DNA of 64,000 nucleotides from assembly GCA_964036045.1 (NCBI GenBank), contig OZ038378.1:120776001-120840000 (forward strand). The letters run 5' to 3'. The DNA comes from Eutreptiella sp. 'Long Island Sound 2002'. Taxonomy: Eukaryota > Protista > Euglenida. The translations under genes were made by a program, and so were the position numbers. Positions 34,106 to 47,389 of the stretch are shown piece by piece. How positions within the stretch are numbered: the stretch's first letter is position 1; each line of letters starts with the position of its first letter. The notes beneath the pieces are model-generated. The model searched no databases, was not told the origin of the DNA, and worked only from the letters and a program-made list of their open reading frames with translations.

Positions 34106-34824
34106 AAAAAAATGACGGTATTTAATAGTGATCTAACTCCATGCAAACTGCCAACACATGTGATGATTGGATCGTATCAAGAAGGCGAACTGTGGTGACA
34201 GGAGAGGACAAAAACAGTGAGGTGATCCAAGTGCACAAGTGCCTATTTTTTTTAGGACATGTGTGCACATAAGGTGAAGGTCTACAAGAGGTATTATGAT
34301 AGAAATAATCTTGAGTTAGGGTGCAGAACATGAAAGATAGGGATGGATGCCAGGTGGCTGTGAACTTCTCGCTTGCACTCACCTTGTTTCAGTCTTTGAT
34401 CATGGATGATTGTTTTACTGGTCGTGTAGTAGCTAGCCCTCGCCCCACCTACCCGATACATCCTCCCCCCTAGGAAATGGTGTAAAATGGACCAGTCTAT
34501 TTAGTTGACAAAGACCGGTCTTGAGATGTGAACCATGGTGAAGGGGGTTAAACGGTCCTAAAGTGTAGTGGTCCATTCCGTTTATGACACTTCACAAAGA
34601 TTGGTCAACCGTTTTTTTGTGCCAGACCAGTCTTTGTCAAGTGATTCCTAAAGTGGTGCGTAGTGGAGCAGTCCGTTGAGTTTGTGGAGACCACTCTTAC
34701 CGGTCTTTGCCGACTGAGCGGACCGGTCCACTTTAGACCAATTTACCATTTGCTTGATGTCCAGTCTCGTCGGTGGTTCCTTCCCTCCCCCGGTAGACCG
34801 GAAGCAGGGGGTTGTATAGGCAAC

Positions 34825-35045
34825 ATTGGTGGCCCACTTGGTGCGGCACCCTCTGCATGCATCTTGATGGACGAACAACGCCACAAGCTCCAGCGGTGGC
34901 CCACTAGGTGCCGCACCCCCTGCATGCATCATTGCAGTTGACTGGCGCCACAAGGGCCTTGCACCCCACTAGGTGCCCCACCCCTTGCACACAAAGACAA
35001 TGGAACGTCGTGCTGCACGGACGGGCCACTAGTTGATGCATCCCT
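34825..35045 (+). repeat. ~65-bp degenerate minisatellite, ~4 copies
   Basis: GGCCCACTAGGTGCCGCACCC-like unit near 34830, 34899, 34964 and 35025. Confidence 0.55.
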
Positions 35046-35629
35046 GTGGCTCAAGATTGGGCCGTTATACTCCCTGCAGTCGTGGTGGGCTCCATAGCTG
35101 GATGCCTGCGCAGGTGGCATTGGCGTTGATGTTGGAGATGTTGGAGATGCTGCAGGCCCATCAATTGCAAACAACAACTATGTTGCAGCCTCCTCCTACC
35201 CAAGTGACATACAGTGCCGCGAGAGGCACATGCAGAACAGGTTGGGGCTGAGGAACCTAACCAGCCTCGCCGTATTATACGGGTCTTCGACTGGAAAATA
35301 ATACACTGTCCCCAAACTGCCCTATCAAGCAAGCAAGCTTTAAGGACTCCGCCCGTTCTCTTATACAACGTAGGGCGGAGCCCTGGGTAACCTAACAAGG
35401 GTTATACCGCGAGCACAGCGTGCTTGCCAAATGCAAAAATAAGAAAATGTGTGGCACCTGGACCCCCCCCCCCTCCCTCGTAAAGTGGCTTGAAGTGGAC
35501 AGTCCATTCAATTTCCAAAGACTGGTCTCACTGGTCTTCGCAAACCATCTAGACCGGTTCACTTTATCTTCGTTTCCTACATTTAAGGTGCAACATTGCT
35601 TTACAACCCTTGTCTAGATACCATTTTGT

Positions 35630-36290
35630 TACGACAGGGCCCTAAGGGAGTACCGATTGGGGGGGTCCTGTTGGCCCAAATCATGGTGCTCTGCGCAATT
35701 TACAGGGAGTCTGCCTTTTTTTTCAGCGAAAAATTCCCACATAACATGTCCAAGCTACAAAGTGCATTGTCCAAGAAAAAATCCCCGCCATGTACATTTA
35801 CACCCGGCCCACGGTTCACCTTCCCACAAGACATCGTACTTCCGAAGAACCAACAGTTTTTCTCCACATATGGAATGCGTGGCTGGTGCGACCAGACCAA
35901 CAAGACTATGGGTTGGGTCACGCTGGGAGAGATCACATTCAACCTGCAAGTCTATGGGACTCATTCCCGTCAAGGCGCTTTGGCCACATTACTGCGGCGG
36001 CCCCAAAAAAGGCGCGCCCCATGCTGGATGCACATTTCGATATGTTAAATTCCACAGACGTCATGTTGGCTGAAACTGCGGTTTTTGAAGGTTGCCTCCC
36101 CTAGTCCTCACCGCCGACCCCAGCAGGACCCACAATCCTGCTTAGTAAGTTCATGGACAATAACTACATTGGTTATGTCAACTTCCCTTACCCCGCTTAC
36201 GTCAACTTCCCTTCCCCCGCTGCATGTGAGCATGCGATTCTGTTTACACAAGTATTCCTTGATGAATTATATAACGTTCCCATAAAATGG
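35630..36290 (+). pseudogene. Reverse-transcriptase remnant, Penelope-like motif style
   Basis: RQGPKGVPIGGVLLAQIMVL..E (motif-4-like), SKFMDNNYIG (YxDD-like, 36147-36161) and FLDELYNVPIKWE. Frames are broken and there is a 21-bp internal duplication. Confidence 0.45.
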
Positions 36291-36812
36291 GAGCCAGTGG
36301 ATCTGTGGATCTGTCAACGACTGGTGTGAATCTAGGGTAATTGCCACACCACAGTTGGTGCTTCTTATGAAAGGTGTGCATTTCCAGCCCCCAGATACCC
36401 CCAACCCACAGCCTAACCTGGTGATTTGGGACCATTGGGTAGACTAGGAATCTCCAAATGTGCCAACCAATCAATGTCGCCCACAGTGGCAAACAAAGGC
36501 CTAATGTGTGCATTGTGTGAGACACACATGCAGATAAATCTATCTTCTGTGATGTGTGCCTGTGCGTACAAAGAAATTGCAAGAAGTTGGTGGTGGCCCC
36601 CGCTGCGCTCTGCCTTGTTGGGGGCAGGCAAACCGCATTTGATCCCAGCGCACCTCGTCACAAAGTGGGTAGGGGAGGGCAGGGAATTCAGGAGGACCCC
36701 CGGGCCGGCTCATGCTGCGCACTTCACACTGGCCCTTGAGTCCTTTCGAGCACACAAGTACATAGGCAGTGAGTGCCACAGAGAGTAACCTAAGGTAACC
36801 TGGGAACGCAGC

Positions 36813-36905
36813 CCAGCTGGTGCCTGGCCTGCGGGTGAGGCACAGGTAGTGTGTAGGCAGGCCAGCTGGTGCCTGGCCTGCGGGTGAGGCACAGGTAGTG
36901 TGTAG
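36813..36905 (+). repeat. Exact 44-bp tandem duplication (period 49)
   Basis: CCAGCTGGTGCCTGGCCTGCGGGTGAGGCACAGGTAGTGTGTAG at 36813 and 36862. Confidence 0.9.
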
Positions 36906-37903
36906 AGTCTTATGTGAAAACCGAAAACTGACCCAAGCCACTGCATTTTGTGACCTTCATTTGGTGACCTTCGGACAGGTTTTGTGTGTTGGCATCCCCT
37001 GTGTGCAGGCTCTGCCATTTTGTCCACTGACGATCCAGTGCTCGCTGCTTGTATGGATAGTGCTAGAAAGATCATCTCTGCCAACTTCAAAAATCTCCGA
37101 CCCAGTCCTTTCCCATCAAGTGATCAGTCGGTGCCGTGTTTGGACCGGTCTCCTGAGTGAGTCGTGTAGTTTTAAGTGAAATTGGGAGTTGTTGATTTTG
37201 GACCCCGGGATGGGGTGGGGCCAATCGGACGGGGACAGCTGGCCTTCCATGATCCATGAGCCTCGAGACCCAAGTACAGGAATGGCTCACACAGTTACAG
37301 TTGCAGTTACAGTGGGTGAGCCCCACCAACCGCCAAACTTGTCCATGAGGAGGAGCATCTTTTTCACATAACATAACATTAAACTTTGTGCTTTGGGAAG
37401 TTCACTCATGCGGTTGCCAATTTTCTAAGGGGGGGGGCTGGAGGCTTCTGCTAAGCAGTCTACGTGAATATTTGCTCGTGTTTTCTGACCCTAAGCAGCC
37501 GGAACCCAAGGACCAGGAGACCAGCCCTGAACATCCAAAAGAATATTTACCAACAGATCTGCAGAAGTTTTGAAAGACCCATCCTCCGGACCCTCGGTGG
37601 GGTAGAAGTGGGCTAAAACCACCCCTCCATCAGTGTGAATCATGCTGGATTCTCTCGTGGAATGCGATTCATGTCTCAAACACGCACACATCTCCAACTT
37701 TAGAATGCAGATTGCGACGCTGCCGAACTGGATTTGATATACAAAAAGGTTGTGCCAAAGGTACGTTGTGAGTTTTGTTGAAATTATTGATGCCCCACCT
37801 TTGATGTTTGTGGTGCGGAATAGTTGAGCGCATTGCTCTCAACCGGTGCGCATGGCAGCCTGCCCTCGAAGGCATGGATACGGAGCCTCCTCTATTCCTC
37901 TAG

Positions 37904-38020
37904 GGATCCCGGAAGATGGATTTCTCGGACTTCCTTTTGGCACTACAAATGATTGGGGCCAAAAAGTTTCCCCAGTTGGATCCGGATGCACAATTTTTCG
38001 GAATCGTCCATCTCCTCAAG
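37904..38020 (+). CDS. Candidate host exon, p25-alpha/TPPP-like helical segment
   Basis: Pyrimidine-rich acceptor cctctattcctctag|, then a 117-nt phase-0 exon GSRKMDFSDFLLALQMIGAKKFPQLDPDAQFFGIVHLLK, then donor aag|gt. It resembles the p25-alpha pattern RKxxFxxFxxALxxIAxKK. Confidence 0.45.
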
Positions 38021-39639
38021 GTCTCTTGCTGCCCCCGTAATTGGCCAACTGGTCAGCGTGGTCGGGTTCATTCACTGTCACGATACTCACCGCGCGATAC
38101 GTCAGCTTGACAACACACCGGGTGTTTTGCTTGTGTATACACCCCAAGCAGCCATGGAGTTGCAACCCACACCGCTACAACAATCTTCTCCACGCCCTGA
38201 GGTGGACATGCGCCTCTACGGTTTAGTAGATTGGGAGGTGAGTGGTGCCACTTCATTGCTAGGATCATCAACCTCCGTTTGACCGACGCCCGCCGGAACT
38301 GCGCAACTGCTCCGATGACGACCCCGAGAACGTGTTGTTCCCCGCTCCTGTGCACAACCACGACACCTCAACAGGTCAAATCCTTCAAGCTTGTGCAAAG
38401 CCAGCAGGCGATTGTGCGTTTAGCATGAAGGGGTGGTTTCTTGTGGTCGATGGACCCTGCTGTGTGCTGACATCCAAAACCTCCATAATGTCAATATCCT
38501 CACAGATGTGTTCGACAGGCTGTGCAATCCCAATCTTTTTACGGGCATCCACCGCAGCCATCCGAAAGAACCTGGACTGAAGAATAGCTCTGGGAAAAGG
38601 TTTCTGTAGTAGTGCCACATGGTGCTGATGAGTGCTAGGGCTGGGGCCTGTGCTGCGCTGATGCTCTGTTTGGTGCTCTTGTTACTGTGTCACATGCCGC
38701 TGCTGCTGGTGATTCTCTTAATTGTTGGTCGCCGTTGCGCATCAATAGTCTGGCCAGATTGAAGACCTCTTCTTCTGGGCTTACAGCTTTCTTTCGGTTG
38801 GGATACCCCCCAGCCCACCTGCAATGAAATTGCAACGTTGCTCTTCAGGCGGCCGATTAGAAGCCGATCGCAGCCCACATATTGCACGCCTTCTTCCAAT
38901 TCCTCCAGTACTGATAACAGCAGTTTCTCAGGCATGCCTGTCACCACGGCATGCTACGGGTATGTCTGTTGTTTGAGTACTGAGTGCGACTGGGTGCATG
39001 TCATTCTACCTGCGGCAGCATTTTCCTGCAGCCCTTCATCACAGTGCTGCCCACGATGTAGGGGGAACGCTGTCATGGCACGTCTGCCGGCCACCAGCCT
39101 CTGTGTCTGCGCTGGGTTATGCCTCCAAAAAGGCCCATGATTCAGCACAGGCCACACGACACATCCAGGGGCCATCAACCCCATGTGGGACAATTTTAAT
39201 GCAGCGCACACATGCGGACACTGCAGAAGTCCAACAAACACCCTCTCCAGGGCAGGCAGCGCTTCGACAGAGCCAAGCAGGGCACATGGACGGACACTGA
39301 GGCGCCGTCCTGACAGGTTGTGGTCATCATCGACTATCCTATTGAAGCTTCAGGGAGGGACGCACTTTGGGGCTGGGCTGACACCATACCACCCAGCCCT
39401 TCATATGATTCACTGTTCCAATCCTCCACGCGGTCGGCTGGGGGCTGTAAATGCCAGATGCAAACCGTCCTGTGCAATGGCACACCACAGAAAATGGCAA
39501 AACCCCTCAGAGTTTGTTGGTGTTTTGTCTTTAAGAGAATGCAGTTTAACATGTCCAACGGGGTGGTGTGCCAATGGTAGATGCCACCCTCCCTTCCTCC
39601 ACAAAAAGAAAGCACGTAGATGTTGCATTCGCAGTTATG

Positions 39640-39702
39640 CCTGTGTATGTGTGTCAGTGTGTGTGTAGAAGTGTGTGTGTGTGTGTGTTTGTGTGTGTGT
39701 GT
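39640..39702. repeat. (GT)n microsatellite, imperfect
   Basis: Direct read. Confidence 0.85.
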
Positions 39703-40071
39703 GGTTCCACTGTGCATGCAGCAGCACACACTTACATTTTCTTGCCCCTGACTGAGTACGATTGTAGTCCAATTCCATTCGGTGTAGTTTTGTTTTTCTC
39801 ACACAATCCCAAATCATGAAGGGCCGTACTGCTAAAAGGTCTTTGGTGCTAGAATCCAGTAATCTCCTAGATATCTATACTAGAGAACTAGTGACGGGCA
39901 TTCATCGCCCTTGCTACAGCATGGTATGGTAATGGTCATATTCTTTTGGCTATGAGACCGGACGGAGGACCGGTCTAGTCTTCTGTCTAAAATCATCGCC
40001 TTTTGGGAAGGGCTGGGGCAAGGGTTTTTGAAGGTGGTCTCCTTGCAAAAAAAATTCCTAAAGGGGGTGGT

Positions 40072-40976
40072 AGCTTTTTTTTCCCGGGGGGGGTGCCTCC
40101 GAAGGGGGGGGGGGGTACGAAAAAAATTCGTGCGAAATTTTTTCCACCCCCCAAGTGTCCGAAAGTGCTCCAAAACGCTCCAAAATGGTATGAAATGATG
40201 CCGAAAACAAAGACCGGTCTCACCAGTCTTTGAAATTGGTCTGACTGGTTTTCTCTAAGATGCTGTTGAATCTAACCAATTTGTAACCTTCACTTTGTTA
40301 CAATGTGTGCCATAACAAAAATATGCTTCATCTGGTAGAGAGTAAAAAAACTGGTTTTCACCCCATGTGTTTGTACTCAAACTACTCAGATTTTTCATGA
40401 GAACTCAGTAATGGCTGAAAACCTTATTTGGTCAACTATCAATACCATCCCTGTGCAGACGTCCATAAGAGATGGCCCGTACCCTAGTGGGTAAACAGTA
40501 CCTCTGTGATGGAAAGGTTCTGTTTAAATATCCGGGGCAGGCAATCTATGTGCTTACAGGTGGGATGTGGAACACGATAGAATTTTATTTGTTTTTTGTT
40601 GCTTTTATGTCATGGCTGCTTTTGTTGCTTTTATTAATGTGCTTTGATTTTGTCCCTTTTGTTGGGGACCCCCAGGAATGCAAGGGTTATGTAGCATTTC
40701 CGCCCCATTTTGGGTCCCCAAGAAGGCCAATTTTGGGCTTGCCGATAAGAGGCCAAGGTGGGCGCTACCTTGCAGCCCGAACAGACCGGGGGTCTTTGTC
40801 CCCTGAAACACAAAAACCACCCATATCGGCTGAAACATCAACGGCTACCTTGAAGAGTATCCTCCTTGCACCTTCCAAACTCAAAGAGGTGGGGTAGAAC
40901 TGAGGAAATTTCAAGTTTTTGGGGCACGGAAGAAAATTTTGCGCGAATTTTTTTGCCCCCCCCCAAAAAAAAAGCT
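40072..40976. repeat. Imperfect inverted repeat pair (40072-40146 / 40928-40976), possible MITE ends
   Basis: AGCTTTTTTT..G-run..AAAAAATTCG(T/C)GC(G/A)AAATTTT.TTCC in opposite orientations. Confidence 0.55.
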
Positions 40977-43900
40977 GTTAAGGGGGGGGTTTGCGGCGGA
41001 AACATTTCGCCATGCGATATTTCACGTTTCAAATTTATGCAAAAATTCCCACATAATTTCCAGTGTGAAATAAACCCACTGCGAAATTTAGCAAAATGTC
41101 TTGTCCAATAGTTGCCTAAGCACAAGTTTGTTGTGCCCTTGCACAAGAGCTGAAACATATAAATGTTGCCATCAAAATCTGTGTTTGGAGATCTTGCGAT
41201 CGTACGTTTCTCACCCCTGTACGCAATGTACATTCTTTGCAAGATTTGAGAATAATAGAGAGCAATCTTGTCCATAGCCAACTGCCAGCAATGGGGTACC
41301 GAACTGAGTTTGCCTTTGCCATGCATTGTTAGCCACGATGTGCACAAACGTATGCGGGGCAGGATAGTCGGATGACCAAGTCATATTGTACCTCTACTTA
41401 AAATCACGGGCCGAGTTATTGTCAAAGCACATGCACCTGTGTGTATGAAGCCTCTCGCCGTTGACTCTCTTTTTTTATTTCCACGCTCGCCCATTTTTTG
41501 CACACACTATGCAGTTTTCTCTCGGCCATGGTTCAGTTTTTGAAGCCCCATCCCTACACTGATGAACTTCATGAGGACATTTTTGCAATGGTCCAGCACT
41601 TGAAAGCCACTGCTGGAGCACACCGCAAAACGCATCGGGCTCCATATTTGGAAAACGTGTGTGCCGATTGGAATGATGATCAACGGCGGGAGGCCTCAAA
41701 ATTATATTTGTCAGCCGCTTAAGACAAATGTGTATTGAAGTATGGGGAAAATAGTTGCCCACCTTTCAGCAGTTTGCGCGATTAGGGCAAAATGCTGGCC
41801 ACTCAAGGCTGTACGAATCCAATGGGGTGGAAAAGTGACCCACAGCGAAGCCACCGCTTTCTTTGAGGACCTATTTTGATGATGTACACGTTGAAGGCGC
41901 ATGTGTAGAACCCGAACGAATTGCCATTCTAGCCATGGATGTGGTGGCCAAAAGTCGACCGCATTTTGTAGTGGAGTGTACCCCAAGTTTTGACAAAAGC
42001 TAGACCCGTGATTTCAACCCGAGTTACGATATGACTTGGAGGTCATCGGATACCGACCGCGCCACGTCTACGTTTGCGGACATTGTGGCTGACAATGCAT
42101 GGTGAAGGCAACAGACCGACGCGTTTGACAACCCCGCCGCGCGTGGAATTATTATGTCGGAGGGCCAGAGTTCAATATCCACGAGCTGCCGGTCGGCTGT
42201 GGATGAGACTCTTGTGCATTTTTTCCCGTCCATGCAAGGGATGTATGAGGATACAAGCATTTTCAACGTGTATGTTGCGTACATTGATGAGAAACCTATG
42301 ATCACGGGGTCCCCTGTCACAAATCCTGGTGGCAACAATTTTATGTTTCAGGTCTTGTGGAAGGGCAAACCAGACTTCTGTCGTCCGAACATTAGTCTTG
42401 CTGTGCCGCCTTATATCAGCCCCCTTATTTTGCATGTACAAGTGAAGAAGAAAGCACACCCATGAAACGTTCTCGCAGTTTTTTGACAAGGTCCTGAAAC
42501 GGGGGCTGAAGAAGGTCGCCCATATGCCATTGGACACACCCATGGTGCAAGTGACTGATAACGTCGCCAGCCACATTGATAGGCAACGGCTGGCCAAGAT
42601 CGAAGACAACCTTTTCCATTACAAAAATACGGGTTTGTATCTTTTTTTGGGTCGGCCCAGTAGGTCACACCTTCTTAATTCTGGTGACCAATACGTGAAT
42701 GTAACATTGCATGCCCATGAGGCAAAGATCAAATTTTCGATTGCTGAAAGACTGTATTGATATCCGCGAAGCGAAAGTCCCTCCCAAAAGCCCATTTCAT
42801 ATGAGCGAGCAAGCGATTAAATCCTGGTGACCCTCTAGGTTTCAGAAAGGATCGGAGAGTGGGTCATAGTTCTGCCTGCCCCTCCTTCAAAAAAATTCTG
42901 CTCCAATTATTGTGGAGCCTGGCAGGATTGATCCGGGGCGTCTTATGGAAGAGGTGCGTGCAACAGGAAGAAAGAAATGGTAGCGGGCACTATTGCGGAA
43001 GCGCTCTGGCCACGGTGAAGTGCTTGCAAAGCTGAACGAAGAACTTTCCTAGAGTGCCTCTTCTTCGGCCCAACAGGCCGTCCCATCCAGTGGCTCATGT
43101 CCTACTGTTTCTGTTTCCTGTGCTGAACCGTCTCTTGCTGTTTTTACTTCCACATGTGCAAATCACAAGGCAGTCATTTGCATTGAGTGTTGATAGTGGA
43201 GTTAACAGTGACAATGATAGTGACAATGACTGCCAGCCTGTTGCAAAAAAGAATAAGCAATGCAGCCCAGTTGCAGGGTCCGATATTGTGGCTGTTTTTA
43301 GAGCCCTCGGCTACCAGCAGCATGCAACACCTTTGGCTAGGGCAAGTTTTGCTCCTGTGGCTGGATTGGCCCTAATCATGTCAAAGTTTTTGAAGGCATG
43401 TGACGTATTGGATGGCCATGCACTCAAGGCAGTAGAGGAACTAAAGAAGCGCCGCACCCTAGGTGCGGTGCCTCCACACAAGCCATCCAAGAGGCGTGCG
43501 GACATTTCTTTTCTTATGGATTTGCGCAAGAAGCGGCAAAAATAGGAGGCACACACCTTTTTATGCCCCCTATCAAGGCATTGCCCGCGTGTTGTGTTCG
43601 AACAGCTCTTCAACGGCTTTAGTGCACCCCAGACACGTTTTCTCAACCGCAATTGTCAATTGCAGCCACCTTAAACAGTTCTTGAGCTGTTTAATGCGGC
43701 CTTTGTTCAATAGTTTTAGTACAGAGTATTGTGCCATGTAGGGATTGAACAGTAGCACCAATGCATCACAAAACACCGGCAGCCACCAGGTAATAACATC
43801 AACAACCATGAAGTAACGACAATGAGCAACCAACAACTCATGAGGAAGGAGCAACACCCCTCTAGGACTCAAGTGCAAAGCATTAGGACATAATAGCAAC

Positions 43901-45889
43901 CACCACCGACCAAAGGTCAGCCCACAGCATGTGGCTGCGAAAATTCCCACGGCAAATTAAGGACCACGTGTGAATTGAACCCACTGCGAAACATAACACG
44001 GGAAAAACTTCCTGTTGCAAACCCCCCCCCCCCTTATGCTAGTACCACGAAATTTTTCAACGCCCCTCCGGCTTGACCAAATTAGATAAAGTGAAACAAT
44101 ACGAACAGTTTGCAAACGCTGGCCGGGTTGCTCTTGCGTAGCTAGCTCCGGGTCCACCGCTTTGCTCTGGAGGTTCATTTTCACCGACCCGGGCAATTTG
44201 CTTCAATTGTTCCATTGTGCTGCTTTGTCTTATTTCTTATCTCCGGTATCACGACCGGGCTCCAAGATACATGGTGTGAGCCTAGTGGAGGCACCCATTG
44301 CGGCAAAGGTCATCAAGTTGAATGGCGGGGACCGTGTGGTTATCTTGTTGCGGGGATCACATGGGGGCTGCCCAGAGGGGGGGGTACAATGGGCAAACAG
44401 AAACTGTTATATAGAAGACACCAAAATAGGTGGTATCCAACACAATGTGTCCAAAGGGGATTTGGACTTCTAAAATGAGCAGGTGATGTCATCTGTGGGA
44501 CATGGCGGCCCCTAGTCCGATTCCGGCAAGGCCAGTGTTCGCTCGCTTGCAGAAACGAAAGCCGTAGGCGACGTCAAGGAAGAGGACACCGCTACGAACC
44601 AAGGCGACAAGGGAGAGGAGGAGGGGGAAGATGGGGGCGCGGATGAGGACGAGGACAAGGACGTTGCCCCAAAAGGGGAGGTGTTGGAGGTGCGTGAGTT
44701 CAAGATTGTTGTCGATATGTAGTTTTCTTTTTTGTCCTCTGCGTGGTGTGCCTAGTGTTGTGTCGTGTGTCATTGCAAACGGTTGTTCTTTCTTTACTCT
44801 TCGCGCACGAGCATGGTCCTACCTAGAGTACACCCGGCAATATCCAATAAACCATAACACGCAAGAATGACTAGTTCGATGCGCTTTGACATGCTATGTA
44901 AAGGAGATGCTTACAGCAATTCATTGAGAGCATCACCATGCTCGAAGTTTCTTGAATCAATGCCGCCATGGTGTTGGTCATGAGCATGTTGGTGAATAGA
45001 CGTGGCATGTGGGGGGAGCGCTTAGTCAAGAAGTCGTGCTTTCCTATGGGTAGACGTGTTAATGTGGTGAAGGCTATTGCGGCCTACATGGTGTCTTCGG
45101 CGTTAGAGTTGGAGATTGCGGGGCCAGTCCTTCAAGCCACCATCGGTCGACCTGTGAGCGGAAATGCACGACCTGCGCCTAGTGATGCGGGGTCATGCGC
45201 CCACGGCCAAGCTGGAGGCAAACCTTCAGGCGGTGACACCGCAGGAGTAAGCTAAGGCAGCACGAAAGCGAGGTTCTGTCCTCGCTGTATCCAAGGCGGA
45301 GGTCCTAAGGCTTAGACGGCTACGGAAAAAGCCATTGGCGATTTCGCTATCTTTGGTGATTTTCTCAACGTTGCTCTGGGTTCGTCAAGTGGGAGAACAT
45401 AGGTATGTGTCGGCATATCCCGTGAAGAGCAAGATTACCGAAGGCAAGCTCGACACGCTACTGCCAACCGATGATCCGGACGCCGACGAACGTGTTAAGG
45501 AATTTCGTCCGTTGGGCGACGGCAGGTTGAACCGGGTGAACTCCTTCATCAGGTGTATGTGGGCTTTGACCACGACTAGCCTTGCTGTGTATAGAGGTGG
45601 GCATGGGCTCACAAATAGGGTGTGTGAAGGATCGGGGAGTTCTTCCCAAGGTGATGAGCCGGAGTATGGTGATGGCCTGCCCACCATTTCACAAGGAGTC
45701 ACGGGGGGTGCGGCTCAGGGCATCATGAGGAAGCGTCTCCATGCCCTCTAATGCAAGTCCTCCGTGAAGGACAGCAGGTTGTTCTATACGTCACTCGAAG
45801 GCGCACAATTTTTGAATGTGTCCGAGGCATCCATCATGGCGTGCCGCTGTTGCAAGAATAGATGTGGAGGCGCCCGAAGACATTGGGCT

Positions 45890-46660
45890 GGTTTTAAGGC
45901 AATTGTCTTGACATTTCGCGACGATCGCCAGTGTGTGAAGTGGGCGTTTTCAATGATGGCCGTTTTTCTTTGGTAGCGATTGGGGTATCAAAGGAATGCT
46001 AACGGGTGTTCAATAAGGCATACACCATGCCGTCGTGCCACACGGTGGTCGGTTTTGGAGTCAACAGGAGCTTTTTTTGAGCCGTCTTTGAGCACTATCC
46101 TCCTGACTTTGGAGGAACTCTTCCAAAGCAAACATTTGGTGCCGCTCTTGGTAAGTGCTGCTGTGTGCTTTCTGGAGGTCTATTGATTTTGGCTTCCGAA
46201 ACACAACATTGCAAGGGTGATACACTCACGAGCGTAAAGATTTTCGAAGTCTCTCAAATGCAGCAATGACATTCGCCACCGAGGTCGGTCCTACTGTAAG
46301 TTGTCATTACCGAGCAGGGTTTACCTGTCGAGGCTTTACAACCCCACTCCGGGACTGAGGATGAGCAACACATTTTAGCAACAGCAAGCAGCAGCAAGCA
46401 GCAACAAGCAGGCAGATAACAAGTCTTTTTGTCGACACCGTGTCTCGAACGCGGCATGCAAAATGACCGTAGAGCAACTTCGCATCCAGAGAAGCACATT
46501 TTGTGCAATTCTGAGCCGTCTAGCCTGTTCTAGGGCCGGTTTAGTGGTCAAAACGGTCATTTTGAGACTGTTTTGAGGCAATTTTCAAGATGAACGTCCC
46601 GAAACTTCGGGACGATCACCAGTGTGTGAATTAAGTGTCTCAAATGCAACAATAACATCT
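45890..46660 (-). repeat. ~590-bp macrosatellite, left block (reverse orientation)
   Basis: Reverse anchor GAGCAACACATTTTAGC at ~46365 and GGTTTACCTGTCGAGG. Confidence 0.8.
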
Positions 46661-47389
46661 ACCTTTGGTACACGCTAGAAGCCCCAATCTTGTTCTAGCC
46701 TAGACGGCGCTAGAGGGCTAGAACGAAAAAAAGAGCCCCCCCCCCCCCTAGGGGGGATCTGAGGGTTGTAACTCGGACCCCCCTATCCGTACTCGGGGAC
46801 CCATGGATTTTTTTTCACAATTTCATCGTTTTCACCTGATGTTGGCGTCCAAAATTTTTTTCGTTCTAGCGACGTTTTAGCAACGTTCTAGCGAGCTCCG
46901 CTAGAGCGGCGCTAGAACGGTTCGCTAGAACGTCACTAGAACAATATATATAAACCCCCCCCCACTTATAACCCCCCCGGTGGTAGTAGCATTGCGGATT
47001 GGTTGAGGGTGCGGGGGGGTGGGTTATAAGTGGGGGGGGGGGTTATAAGTCCCTTCGTGGCATGGATCCAGACACATTTGCACCTTCAGACGTCATTCAT
47101 CATTTTGTAATGGAAATTGATTTGGACCTATCTTTGGGAGACACTGGTGGTGCTGCAGCTCCTGATGATGATGAGGTGGGGAAATTTTCAGATGAGGAGC
47201 TCGTGGACTTGCCTGAGGGGGATGAACAAGTATCAGATTCCCCATTATTGGCAATCCATCCGCTGGCACTTCTTGTTCTATGCGTGTGTGCTGAAAAAGG
47301 GGCGTTATAAGTCCCTGGGTGGCACGGATCTCCCGGGGGCTGGATTATAAGTGGGGGGGGTTATAAGTCGGGGGGGGGGGGGGGTTATG

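Larger units (their letters stand above)
28389..40250. repeat. Dispersed clusters of a palindromic 10-bp box, AGACC(A/G)GTCT (~20 copies including variants)
   Basis: Copies at 28389, 28942, 28962, 30020, 30030, 30689, 30699, 34489, 34512, 34624, 34688, 34720, 34735, 35519, 35551, 39967, 40211 and 40233. Confidence 0.65.

Noticed and set aside
42300-42390. Chromodomain-like FQVLWKGKPD
   Set aside because: Only one short motif, and the flanking aromatic-cage residues are absent.
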